Shown here in pieces: positions 1 through 9,850 of a stretch of DNA of 64,000 nt. The stretch is from Nitrosopumilus sp. (lineage in GTDB: Archaea > Thermoproteota > Nitrososphaeria > Nitrososphaerales > Nitrosopumilaceae): NCBI GenBank assembly GCA_965223425.1, contig OZ245003.1, positions 1,760,001 to 1,824,000 on the forward strand, written 5' to 3'. Under the pieces are notes generated by a model. That model made no database searches, was not told the origin of the DNA, and saw only the letters and a list, made by a program, of their open reading frames with translations. The first letter of the stretch is position 1, and the number at the start of each line of letters is the position of its first letter. The position numbers were made by a program, and so were the translations under genes.

Positions 1-890
1 GAGGTCGTGTCTGCCAACCAAATTGTTCCATCATTGTCTATCACTGCCCCATTTGGAGTAAGTAATTCTGGAGGTAACGTGTAAAGTTCTACAAAATTAA
101 GTAAAGGAAGAAATTCTTCGCCGGAAGTTGCAACAGCATCAGAATATCCATTTTGATTAAATTTAACCAAAACTCCGCCCTGTTGGAACAGCCAATTAGT
201 ATACCAGACATTATCGTTTGCATCAACTGTAAAATCTGCAGTTACAGAACCATCAATAAGTGATGGAACGTTAAGATAATTCACATCGCCGCCTGATTGA
301 GTTGGATCCAAGAACGTGAGTTTGTTTCCAGTAAAATCATTGATAATAATTTGAGAGCCATAGATTTGGAGTTTTTGAGGCAAAGAATTTCCGTTAGAAG
401 GATATGCTAACCTTTCGTATTTTTCATCAAGGGTTGAAAATTTCCAAACGGAATCAAATGCTTCATCAGTAAACCATACTGAGCCATCTGGCGCATAATC
501 AATTCCCCACATCATTGAGCGACTACCAGGCGGCCAAGAAGGATTATCATATTCGGTAAATGTTTCAGAGGTCGGATCAAATTTTGCTACTTTACCAGTA
601 TTGGTCTGAGTGAACCAAACATTTCCATCATAATCAGTTGCAATCGCTAATGGATTTGTACACGGTGTTGGAATTGAGAATTCTTGCACATAATCAGTAA
701 ACTTTGCATCACCAGAACCACAAAATTGTGCACGCTGTTCATCAGGAAAATTATCAGCCGGAGTTCCCGTGACGGTGGTATCAAGTTCGTCATTTGGGGT
801 AAGTCCCGGAACTGCGATCGTAACTCCAGAAGTAACCATGATTCCGCCTAAAAACACAAATGCCAAAATTCCCTTAGTTTTCTTTTTCAC
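1..890 (-). CDS. Secreted Vgb (virginiamycin B lyase)-like beta-propeller protein, N-terminal part; runs off the window start
   Basis: GTG start at 890, signal-like N-terminus (KKKTKGILAFVFLGG), repeated DG-x-V/I-W-F propeller motifs (DGNVWFTQ, DGSVWFTD, DNVWYTN) read from the reverse complement. Confidence 0.7.
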   Translation of the reverse strand, partial: MKKKTKGILAFVFLGGIMVTSGVTIAVPGLTPNDELDTTVTGTPADNFPDEQRAQFCGSGDAKFTDYVQEFSIPTPCTNPLAIATDYDGNVWFTQTNTGKVAKFDPTSETFTEYDNPSWPPGSRSMMWGIDYAPDGSVWFTDEAFDSVWKFSTLDEKYERLAYPSNGNSLPQKLQIYGSQIIINDFTGNKLTFLDPTQSGGDVNYLNVPSLIDGSVTADFTVDANDNVWYTNWLFQQGGVLVKFNQNGYSDAVATSGEEFLPLLNFVELYTLPPELLTPNGAVIDNDGTIWLADTT

Positions 891-935
891 AAATGAAAAA
901 TCATAATTGCCTTGTTATATCTTATTCCAAATAAT

Positions 936-1289
936 CTAGAGTAGTTTTAAATCGCCTGTTACTTTGTCTACCATGCTTTCAGGGGCAGGGCCAATAGATA
1001 CGCACGTAGTGGTTCCAGGAGCTATTTGGGTGTGTCCGGCATCGGTAACTTCAGACCAAGGAAGATTCAAGTCAATTGCATGTCTTTTAACTTCATCCAG
1101 GCTTTTTATCCCATCAACTTTAACTACAACCTTTTCTTGACCATTCCACCATTGTTCATACCATTCAGGATGGGACTTTCTTACATGCTCTGCGCCAAGA
1201 ACACAGGCATGCCCTACTTGAGCAGCTATCTTTCCCTTTCCCATCTCTAGATCAGTCCTAACAGCAATCACCTGTTTGATGTCACCCAT
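936..1289 (-). CDS. pth2: Peptidyl-tRNA hydrolase Pth2
   Basis: KQVIAVRTDLEMGKGKIAAQVGHA and DAGHTQIAPGTTTCVSIGP motifs. Confidence 0.95.
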   Translation of the reverse strand: MGDIKQVIAVRTDLEMGKGKIAAQVGHACVLGAEHVRKSHPEWYEQWWNGQEKVVVKVDGIKSLDEVKRHAIDLNLPWSEVTDAGHTQIAPGTTTCVSIGPAPESMVDKVTGDLKLL

Positions 1290-1355
1290 GTTGTTACCAG
1301 ATACAGGCTTAATGAAAAACTTTTGAATTAAATAATTGACAAAGAAACAAAATCT

Positions 1356-2492
1356 ATGGACTTTGATGTGGTAGTTGCCGGAGGCAGTGTTGCAGGGTTG
1401 TTATGTGCAAGAGAAGTTGCTTCAAACGGATTTTCAGTACTTGTGGTTGAAGAAGATTATGAAATAGGAACCCCTGAACATTGCGGGGGATTGGTAAGCA
1501 TGGCGGGGCTTGAAGAGCTAGGGGTAATTCCATTTAGAAAAACTTTTGATCATATGATAGAATCTGCTAAAATCACAGCACCGAATGGAAATAGTTTTAC
1601 GATTAATTCAAAGAAACAAAAAGTAGTCGAAATTAGCAGAAGAGAGTTAGACAAACAGATAGCTTTTCAAGCTCAAAAAAACGGAGCGATAATTAAAGTC
1701 AAGACAAGTTTCCAAGAGATCACAGAGACCGGGATTAGAACAAACGAGGAAACAGTTGTTTGCAAGGTTTTTGTTGATGCAAGAGGGGTTTCGTCACTGA
1801 TACAAAAAGACAGAACGGGATTTTTATCATCAGCACAGTATGAAATTTACGCTGATTGGGTTAAAAAAGGAAAAGTAGAAGTGGTTTTTGATCAAGAAAA
1901 ATATCCAGGATTCTTTGCATGGATAATTCCATCAAGTGGCGGTAAAGGAAAAGTAGGAATTGCTGGAAGAGGAATCAACGTAGCTGAAACGCTAGACAGT
2001 ATACTACAAGAAAAAGGAAACTATTCAACAATTAGAAAAATTTTTGCCCCAATCTGGGTAAAAGGCCCCATTGCAAAGTTTGTAGAAGGAAAAACAGTAA
2101 TCGTCGGGGACGCTGCAGGGCAGGCAAAACCAACCACTGCAGGAGGAATTTTTACAAGTGGGATGGGCGGAATTTATGCAGGAGAGGCAATATCCAAATT
2201 TTTAAAAACAAACAGCACAGCAGATTTAGAACAATATCAAAAAAAATGGACAGAACGGTTTGGCAAAGAGTTTGAAAAACAGGCATTTGCAAGAAAAGTT
2301 TTAGAAAGAATAGACAACGAAACAATCAACAAATTATTTGATTCAATTACACCAGAGATCGTAGCAGAGATTTCAGAAAAAGATGGTTTTGATTTTCATA
2401 CTGGTTCAATTGTCAAATTGCTAGGAATGAAAGGATCAATTAAGACAGCACAAACTCTAATTGGTGGAGAAATCAAAAAATTACTCAGCTAA
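1356..2492 (+). CDS. Geranylgeranyl reductase-family FAD oxidoreductase
   Basis: N-terminal Rossmann-like DVVVAGGSVAG, CGG, FFAWIIP, VGDAAGQAKPTTAGGI. Confidence 0.85.
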   Translation: MDFDVVVAGGSVAGLLCAREVASNGFSVLVVEEDYEIGTPEHCGGLVSMAGLEELGVIPFRKTFDHMIESAKITAPNGNSFTINSKKQKVVEISRRELDKQIAFQAQKNGAIIKVKTSFQEITETGIRTNEETVVCKVFVDARGVSSLIQKDRTGFLSSAQYEIYADWVKKGKVEVVFDQEKYPGFFAWIIPSSGGKGKVGIAGRGINVAETLDSILQEKGNYSTIRKIFAPIWVKGPIAKFVEGKTVIVGDAAGQAKPTTAGGIFTSGMGGIYAGEAISKFLKTNSTADLEQYQKKWTERFGKEFEKQAFARKVLERIDNETINKLFDSITPEIVAEISEKDGFDFHTGSIVKLLGMKGSIKTAQTLIGGEIKKLLS

Positions 2493-2615
2493 AACGTGCT
2501 CAAATTCCAGCTAGGCGAAATGCCTCAAATCTGAGATCAGATCAGCGGTTTGGTTCTGCACATGAGAGTGGTTTCCTTAATCATTTAGCTTAGCTGAATT
2601 CTAAGGAAGGTATAA

Positions 2616-3105
<490 letters not shown>

Positions 3106-3113
3106 GTGGTTTT

Positions 3114-5282
3114 TTGGTACGCAAAGAAGAACCTTTGCAGGTGCGAATTGGGGAAGCAAAGCAGAGAGACGTCGGCAAGAAACGTGCCAGGATTGGGCCT
3201 GAAGCCATGGATTTTCTCAAAGTAACTCCAGGGGACATTATTGAGGTGATGGGTTCAAGATCTAGCTGTGCAGTTGTTTGGCCAGTTGACGAAGACGAAA
3301 AATTTCCAGACATCATTAGAGTCGACGGACAGACCAGAAAAAACGTCGGTGCATCGCTAAATGATATTGTAAAGATTAGAAAAGTGACGTCAAAAATTGC
3401 AAAGACAGTCTCTTTAACACCCGTAAATGATTCAGTTACAGTAGACAAGGAATTTACTGATTTTGTTAAAAACAGATTGAAAGGATTGCCAGTTACACAT
3501 GGCGATGAGATTTCGGTGATGATTTTAGGAAATTCCATGGACTTTAAAATTACAAAAACCACTCCAAAAGGCGTAGTCAAGATAGACCGTTCTACAAATC
3601 TTAATATTTCAGCAGAAACTGCAGTTGACAGAAAAGTTCGTGTAACATATGAAGAAGTAGGCGGGCTTGGACACGAAGTCAAGGCAATGAGGGAAATTGT
3701 TGAGCTTCCATTAAAACATCCAGAGTTGTTTTCAAGATTGGGAATTGACCCACACAGCGGGATTTTACTTTATGGGCCGCCGGGATGCGGAAAAACGTTG
3801 CTTGCAAAAGTTCTTGCAAGCGAATCAGAGGCCAACATGTTTTCTATTAACGGTCCAGAAATTATGAACAAGTATTATGGCGAAACAGAGGCAAAGATTA
3901 GAGACATTTTCAAAGAAGCTAAAGACAACTCGCCAAGCATAATTTTCATTGATGAGATTGATGCAATTGCACCAAAAAGGGAGGAGGCTTATGGGGATGT
4001 TGAGAAAAGAGTTGTTGCCCAATTATTGGCACTAATGGACGGTCTTAATGACAGGGGGAATGTCATCGTGCTTGGCGCCACAAATAGGCCAGAAAGTGTT
4101 GATCCTGCACTTAGAAGACCGGGTAGATTTGACAGGGAATTTGAGATATCTGTGCCCAACGAGGATGAAAGGCTAGAGATTCTTTTAATTCACACCAGAG
4201 GAATGCCGGTAAGCGATGATGTGGATCTAAAGGACTTGTCGTCAGAACTGCACGGATACACAGGCGCAGACATCAAGTCACTTTGCAGGGAAGCTGCAAT
4301 GAAATCAATTAGAAGGTATTTACCAGAAATTGATCTTGAGACAGAGAAGATTCCTTCTGAAGTGTTACAGGCAATGCAGATCAAACTAATCGACTTTTAC
4401 GATGCTATGCATGAGGTAGTTCCTACAGCAATGAGGGAGTTTTATGTTGAGAGGCCAAAGATTTGGTGGAAGGATGTCGGGGGATTAGATGAGATCAAAA
4501 AGTCATTAACTGATAATCTCATTACGGCAATGAAAGAACCAAGTAAGTTCACAAAGATGGGCATCAGGGCGCCAAGAGGAGCTTTGATCTATGGGCCGCC
4601 AGGATGTGGAAAAACTCTCCTTGGACGAGCGCTAGCTACTGAAACTGGGGCAAATATGATTTTAGTTAGAGGTCCTGAAATTCTTTCAAAATGGATTGGG
4701 GAATCTGAAAAAGCAGTCAGGGAAATATTTAGAAAAGCAAAAGCGTCATCACCATGTGTAGTTATTTTTGATGAATTAGACTCGCTGGCACGTTACAAAT
4801 CAGGAGAGGTGGGAGTGAGTGAAACTGTTCTAAGTCAGCTGCTTACAGAAATTGAAGAGGGGGTTTCCTCGCGAGTGGTAGTAATTGGAATCACAAACAG
4901 GCCGGATATTTTAGATAATTCTTTGTTAAGAACGGGGAGATTGGATCTGGTCCTATATGTAGAGCCCCCAGATGAAAAAGGGCGATTGGATATTATCAAA
5001 ATTTTAACAAGAAAAATGCCACTGTCCAATGACATAAAACTGCAAGAAATTGCAGTAGCTACACAAAACTATACGGGCGCAGATTTAGCAGCGCTTTGCA
5101 GAGAGGCAGCAGTTCAAGCCATGAGAAATAACTCATCAAAAATTTCAAGTCAGGACTTTGCAAATAGTCTGAAGCAAGTCAAACCATCCATCACAAAAGA
5201 AGTGGATCAGTGGTACAATACGGTAAGAGAAAGTATATCTAACGTGGTGCCCAAGTCAGGAGATAAGACATTCTACGGGTAA
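3114..5282 (+). CDS. cdc48: CDC48/VCP/p97 family AAA+ ATPase
   Basis: N-domain plus two AAA modules (GPPGCGKT twice; IIFIDEID and VIFDELD; RPGRFDRE). Confidence 0.95.
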   Translation: MVRKEEPLQVRIGEAKQRDVGKKRARIGPEAMDFLKVTPGDIIEVMGSRSSCAVVWPVDEDEKFPDIIRVDGQTRKNVGASLNDIVKIRKVTSKIAKTVSLTPVNDSVTVDKEFTDFVKNRLKGLPVTHGDEISVMILGNSMDFKITKTTPKGVVKIDRSTNLNISAETAVDRKVRVTYEEVGGLGHEVKAMREIVELPLKHPELFSRLGIDPHSGILLYGPPGCGKTLLAKVLASESEANMFSINGPEIMNKYYGETEAKIRDIFKEAKDNSPSIIFIDEIDAIAPKREEAYGDVEKRVVAQLLALMDGLNDRGNVIVLGATNRPESVDPALRRPGRFDREFEISVPNEDERLEILLIHTRGMPVSDDVDLKDLSSELHGYTGADIKSLCREAAMKSIRRYLPEIDLETEKIPSEVLQAMQIKLIDFYDAMHEVVPTAMREFYVERPKIWWKDVGGLDEIKKSLTDNLITAMKEPSKFTKMGIRAPRGALIYGPPGCGKTLLGRALATETGANMILVRGPEILSKWIGESEKAVREIFRKAKASSPCVVIFDELDSLARYKSGEVGVSETVLSQLLTEIEEGVSSRVVVIGITNRPDILDNSLLRTGRLDLVLYVEPPDEKGRLDIIKILTRKMPLSNDIKLQEIAVATQNYTGADLAALCREAAVQAMRNNSSKISSQDFANSLKQVKPSITKEVDQWYNTVRESISNVVPKSGDKTFYG

Positions 5283-5284
5283 AA

Positions 5285-5584
5285 ATGACTATTCCACTAC
5301 GAAATAAAATACATGATAAGATCAGGGAAGCAGGATCATCCATAACGGACGTTGATCTTTACAAAGTCTTGCTAAAAGAAGGGCATGTTCTTCCTGAAGA
5401 CAAGTTCAACAAGCTACTTTTGGATCTAGAAATACTTGGACTAGTCAAAGTGTCATGGATTACAAAAGATGAGCGCAGAATAGAAATCAACATTGCTGAA
5501 AAAGAAATAGACAAAGTTGAAGAGCAGAATGTAGAAATGGTGGAAAAAGACTACGAAGCCAGCTTCCCGGGATTTGAAAAATAA
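5285..5584 (+). CDS. Conserved winged-helix-like hypothetical protein
   Basis: 99-aa ORF immediately downstream of cdc48; LLDLEILGLVKV wing-like motif. Confidence 0.7.
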   Translation: MTIPLRNKIHDKIREAGSSITDVDLYKVLLKEGHVLPEDKFNKLLLDLEILGLVKVSWITKDERRIEINIAEKEIDKVEEQNVEMVEKDYEASFPGFEK

Positions 5585-5588
5585 CTAC

Positions 5589-6482
5589 TCAGAACAAAGG
5601 CATATGAAACGCCGCATCTAACGCAACGGCTACAAAAATTATTGTAAGGTACGGGGCAGTGACTTTGTACGCTTTCCAGGCAAATTCAGATGTAGGGGTC
5701 TTTGTTAGCTTGTAGTGATATGCAAGCATCAATCCGCCGGAAACTGCTGCAATTGTTGTGTAAAGAACTCCCAACCCATCTGGAATAAGCGAGAGTGCCA
5801 AAGAATAAGGAAGTAAAATTATTGTGTTGCCTAAAATGTACTTTGATGTTTTTTGCATGCCAATCACAACAGGCAACATTGGAACTTTTGCTTGTGCATA
5901 CTCGTCTTTAATCTTCATTGCAAGGCACCAAAAATGGGAGGGAGTCCAGACAAAAACCAAAAATCCAACCAAGAATCCCAACAAGTCCATGCTGCCAGTG
6001 GCCGCTGCCCACCCTGCCCAAGCTGCTGCACTACCGGCAATTCCTCCAATCACAATGTTTGAGGTGTTTAGACGCTTTAGCCAAACTGTGTAAATGATCA
6101 CATATGAAAAAATTCCAACGGCAATAAAGAAAGCAGAAACCGCATTTAATGCAAAGAAACCATAGATTACAGATACGCAGCTTACGACAAATCCATAAAT
6201 CAAAACATGAGACGCTGCCATTCGTCCAGAGGGGATGGGTCTAGTACTGGTTCTCTTCATTTTTGGATCAATGTCTTTATCATAATAGTGGTTCAACGCA
6301 CTAGAGCCTGCAGACGCTAACGCACCTGCAATAATTATGTGCAAGTAAGACCAATAATCAAGATCAGGGGCGCCATCAACTAGTTTACTTGCGGCATACA
6401 TCGAGGCGACTGCAGTAATAACTAGAAGAACTACTATCCGTGGTTTGGATATCTCCATTATTTCTTTAAATCCCAATCTCAC
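5589..6482 (-). CDS. cyoE: Protoheme IX farnesyltransferase (heme o synthase)
   Basis: KPRIV, ALNHYYDKDID..MKRT..RPIPSG, YTVWLKR, WTPSHFW. Confidence 0.95.
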   Translation of the reverse strand: MRLGFKEIMEISKPRIVVLLVITAVASMYAASKLVDGAPDLDYWSYLHIIIAGALASAGSSALNHYYDKDIDPKMKRTSTRPIPSGRMAASHVLIYGFVVSCVSVIYGFFALNAVSAFFIAVGIFSYVIIYTVWLKRLNTSNIVIGGIAGSAAAWAGWAAATGSMDLLGFLVGFLVFVWTPSHFWCLAMKIKDEYAQAKVPMLPVVIGMQKTSKYILGNTIILLPYSLALSLIPDGLGVLYTTIAAVSGGLMLAYHYKLTKTPTSEFAWKAYKVTAPYLTIIFVAVALDAAFHMPLF

Positions 6483-6573
6483 TCTATCCTATTCCAAAGC
6501 CATTTAATTTCTTCGTCTATAATCCATAATGTTTCAAAAGGAATAAGTATCTCAGTCCTACCAGCTATCTTAA

Positions 6574-7665
6574 ATGAGTAATTGGGATCTCATGATGCCA
6601 GGAATGGGATTAACGGCCATAGGTTTGGCAGGTGTTGTGATATCGTATGCAGGTATTGCACATACGTTCATTGATGGCATGCATGCTTTAACTGGGCTTA
6701 CTATGTTTGTAGGGCTAATTTTCTTAGCTGCAGGTATCTTGGATGGGGGGGTTTCAACTAGCAACAGAGCTAAAGCAACGACTCTGGTGATTATTTCAAT
6801 AGCGCTAGGGTTCGGAATGTTTGCGTTTACCATGAACACGTCAAACTACGTAATTACGATATCAGGAATTTTAATGGGAATTGCGTTTCCATCAATAATA
6901 ATAGCATACTTGGCAATGAAACATCCAACGATTGTAAAACCAGTCGGATCCATTGTTGCAATGGCAGGAGCGACAGGAATCATCATGTGGCTGGCATTTG
7001 GATTTGTAAGTCCTGACACATATATGATTCCTCAACAAGCTGCAGTCGAAGAAGCAATAGAGGAAGCTGCGCCAACAGGACCAATATTTTCAATTCAAAT
7101 TTTAGAAGGTTCTGCTGAACAAGGTAATCCTGATTACGAACCAGATGTTGCAGTTGTTCCGCAAGGACACATTGTTGAATGGACAAACATGGATCCAGTG
7201 GTGCATACAGTAACTAGCACAGAAGGTTTTGGTGAAATATTTGATTCTAGTTTAATTGATGTAGGCGGCGTGTATACGTTAGATACAACTGATTTAGAAG
7301 CTGGAGAATACGAATACCTATGTAGCTTACATGCTTGGATGGTTGCAACACTAGTCATTGAAGGGCCAAAAGAACCAGTCAAAGTTGTAATTCCAGAAGG
7401 AGCTGCGATTCCAGAAGAGGGGCAAATCTACTACGATCCTCAAGTAATTGACATACCAGTCGGGACAACTGTTGCATGGGATAATGTAGAGAACATGGTG
7501 CATACAGTAACTTCAGGCAAACCACCTGTAGATTCAGATGGGTTGTTTGACTCGGGAGTGATGGAAGCTGGGGATGTTTTTGAATTTACGTTTACAGAAC
7601 CAGGAAATTACGATTATTACTGCACATTCCATACATGGATGGTAGGAACTGTTAACGTAGAATAG
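6574..7665 (+). CDS. Membrane-anchored protein with two plastocyanin-like (type I copper) domains
   Basis: About five N-terminal TM helices; two HTVT...C-x-x-H-x-W-M ligand sets (CSLHAWM, CTFHTWM). Confidence 0.9.
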   Translation: MSNWDLMMPGMGLTAIGLAGVVISYAGIAHTFIDGMHALTGLTMFVGLIFLAAGILDGGVSTSNRAKATTLVIISIALGFGMFAFTMNTSNYVITISGILMGIAFPSIIIAYLAMKHPTIVKPVGSIVAMAGATGIIMWLAFGFVSPDTYMIPQQAAVEEAIEEAAPTGPIFSIQILEGSAEQGNPDYEPDVAVVPQGHIVEWTNMDPVVHTVTSTEGFGEIFDSSLIDVGGVYTLDTTDLEAGEYEYLCSLHAWMVATLVIEGPKEPVKVVIPEGAAIPEEGQIYYDPQVIDIPVGTTVAWDNVENMVHTVTSGKPPVDSDGLFDSGVMEAGDVFEFTFTEPGNYDYYCTFHTWMVGTVNVE

Positions 7666-7667
7666 AT

Positions 7668-8060
7668 TTGCAGAAAATAACTTTATCCCAATCAGATAAA
7701 AAAATTCTTGCTGAACATGCAGAAAATGAAAAGCCTAACGAATCATGTGCAATACTGTTTGGCAGAGGCAGCCTTGTCTCAGAGGTGTTCTTAACAAAAA
7801 ATATTGAAGAGTCTTCAGTTAATTTTACCATTTCAAATGAACAGTTAATTGAGGGGTACGACATTGCAGAAGAAAAAAAGTTGGAGGTGATAGGCATATT
7901 TCACTCACACCCTGATTCAGACGCATACCCATCAGATACTGACAAAAAATTCATGCAGAGCAATCCGGTAGCATGGATAATTTATTCAGGAGTCAGCAAA
8001 GACTTCAGAGCATATATTCTTGAATCAGACATTATGGAAATTCCAATCAAGGAAAAGTAA
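7668..8060 (+). CDS. JAB/MPN (M67) metalloprotease
   Basis: PNESCAIL and GIFHSHP...PSDTD JAMM motif. Confidence 0.9.
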   Translation: MQKITLSQSDKKILAEHAENEKPNESCAILFGRGSLVSEVFLTKNIEESSVNFTISNEQLIEGYDIAEEKKLEVIGIFHSHPDSDAYPSDTDKKFMQSNPVAWIIYSGVSKDFRAYILESDIMEIPIKEK

Positions 8061-8061
8061 C

Positions 8062-8250
8062 TCAGGGCTTTAAGCTAAAAGTGGCACTTTTGCCATCTGC
8101 TTTGTTTAGAACGGTTTTGTCAGGAGAAATAATTTTGCCAAGAATATCAACAGGGGACGCGGGGATAATCTCTCCAGACTTTCCAATTGGGGTAGGACCA
8201 TAAAACAAGCATATTGCTTTTCCGCTTGTTGGTTGATAAATAATTTTCAT
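8062..8250 (-). pseudogene. C-terminal remnant of a cyclophilin-like fold (DUF369-type) protein
   Basis: GKAICLFYGPTPIG...EIIPASPVDILGKI matches the family's C-terminal half; the N-terminal half is absent. Confidence 0.55.
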
Positions 8251-8308
8251 TTTAATAATAAAACAATGAAAAAGAAGATGATAGATGTATGTCAAAGTTT
8301 GATATAAT

Positions 8309-8686
8309 CTAAAGATTTACTTGTTTTCTAATCTCTGTTGGAAAATCACAAACTATTCCAAATCTAGAATTTATTTCGTTAGTAACAACATCTGATTTTG
8401 TGCCGCCTTTAACTCTATGAGGTGAAAAAAATCCGGTATCACAAGATGCAATATAGAAGTTAACATGACCACTGTTTGCTTCGATTTGTCGTTTAATCGC
8501 TATTGCTTCAGCCAGAATTCTACTGTCTCCAAGATTAGGATGTTTTCTCATAAATTTTTCTACCTGAACAGCCTCACGGTTAACTTGTAATCTATGGGCA
8601 CGGTAGGCTTCAGCTTTTAAGCTAGCCTTCCATTTTGAATTCACTATAGACTCAGTTCTTCGTTTAGCCTCAATATTACGGTTCAT
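8309..8686 (-). pseudogene. 5'-truncated PIN-like protein
   Basis: PNLGDSRILAEA...IASCDTGFF acidic motifs of a PIN C-terminal half; the ORF begins right at the edge of the MITE at 8689. Confidence 0.5.
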
Positions 8687-8688
8687 TG

Positions 8689-8774
8689 GGTTCTGTCAAG
8701 TTATCGTGTGTTTATGGATCTGAAAATTATATGATTCAGTATTTCATGCTAGCACACGACAACGTTACAGAACC
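8689..8774. mobile_element. 86-bp MITE with IS6-like termini, copy 1
   Basis: GGTTCTGTCAAGTTATCGTGTG ... CACACGACAACGTTACAGAACC (22-bp TIR, 3 mismatches); identical to 9205-9290. Confidence 0.85.
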
Positions 8775-8779
8775 TCAAT

Positions 8780-9157
8780 ATGATCAATTTTAAATATAGG
8801 TTGATTTTTTACAAGTCTGTGAACAAGAAACTTTTTGTTGTTTTGATGACAGTTTGTATGAGTGTGCCGATAATTTATGCACAGACTGATGACATGTCAT
8901 TATCAGAACAAATAAACAAACTAGAGAAAGAAATGGAAAATAAAGACATGTTAATTTTGGAGCAGGTGAAAGTTATAAATGAACTGTACCTACAGGTCAC
9001 AATGCAGTATGAACCCTTCTCACTTGAAAAATTCCCAGATACTGACGGATTCAATCCTCTGTGGCTTGAAAACGAACGTGATAAAATCCATCAGACATGT
9101 ATTGATGCTGAATCTGACGGATATCACAATTTAAAATACTGCAAACACATATCATAA
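8780..9157 (+). CDS. Small secreted/coiled-coil hypothetical protein between the two MITEs
   Basis: Signal-peptide-like KKLFVVLMTVCMSVPIIYA, coiled coil, C-terminal Cys pair. Confidence 0.6.
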   Translation: MINFKYRLIFYKSVNKKLFVVLMTVCMSVPIIYAQTDDMSLSEQINKLEKEMENKDMLILEQVKVINELYLQVTMQYEPFSLEKFPDTDGFNPLWLENERDKIHQTCIDAESDGYHNLKYCKHIS

Positions 9158-9176
9158 TTTAAAATACTGCAAACAC
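9121..9176 (+). repeat. 28-bp tandem duplication
   Basis: atatca(c/t)aatttaaaatactgcaaacac x2; the second copy contains the stop codon of ORF 8780-9157. Confidence 0.85.
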
Positions 9177-9204
9177 TTGATCCCATCACACGAAAAACAG
9201 AATA

Positions 9205-9290
9205 GGTTCTGTCAAGTTATCGTGTGTTTATGGATCTGAAAATTATATGATTCAGTATTTCATGCTAGCACACGACAACGTTACAGAACC
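9205..9290. mobile_element. 86-bp MITE with IS6-like termini, copy 2 (direct orientation)
   Basis: Identical to 8689-8774; no flanking TSD. Confidence 0.85.
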
Positions 9291-9352
9291 GGCAAAAAAC
9301 CCTTGCGTAGTAAGAGTTGTGGAATTAAATATCCCTTTTTTTGAGGACTATC

Positions 9353-9610
9353 ATGGAAATTCACGTATACGACACCTATGTCAAGGCAGCAGACGGTCAT
9401 ACTATGCACTTTGATGTAATTACCGGTGAAAAAGATCACAACAAGGCCATAGCATATGGCAAAGAGTGGCTAAAGTCAGTTGGTGAAGGAGAAGCAGAGA
9501 TGACAACAAATGAATGCCAATTCTGCCACTCACAAGGTGCACCAGAGCCTGTTGAACAGGCAATTAAGGAAAACGGCTACTTTATCCAAAAAATGGAAGG
9601 CTGTCCTTAA
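9353..9610 (+). CDS. DUF2024 family protein
   Basis: MEIHVYDTYV...MHFDV...CQFCH...IQKMEGCP. Confidence 0.85.
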   Translation: MEIHVYDTYVKAADGHTMHFDVITGEKDHNKAIAYGKEWLKSVGEGEAEMTTNECQFCHSQGAPEPVEQAIKENGYFIQKMEGCP

Positions 9611-9667
9611 TCATTTTTCCTTTTTCTATAAGATCATATTTTTTAGATTAATCAATGCAGGGATAAC

Positions 9668-9850
9668 ATGTCCGAACACAAATATTCAAAGTGGACAGTG
9701 GAGGGGGAAAAGAAGACAGAATGGATTTGCGGGTGTTTCCTAACGGCAGACAACTATTTCAAATTCTGTGATAAACATAATGACACTTTGAAAAAAGCAA
9801 TTCAAGCTCAGATTGATGAGTTAGATATGACGCTAATCGTTGAGGATTAG
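9668..9850 (+). CDS. Small Cys-containing hypothetical protein
   Basis: 60 aa, WICGC...FCDKH; host-like codon usage. Confidence 0.6.
   Translation: MSEHKYSKWTVEGEKKTEWICGCFLTADNYFKFCDKHNDTLKKAIQAQIDELDMTLIVED

Noticed and set aside
8689-9290. Direct repeats as a CRISPR array
   Set aside because: Only two 86-bp copies, 430 bp apart, with TIR structure; no cas genes in the window
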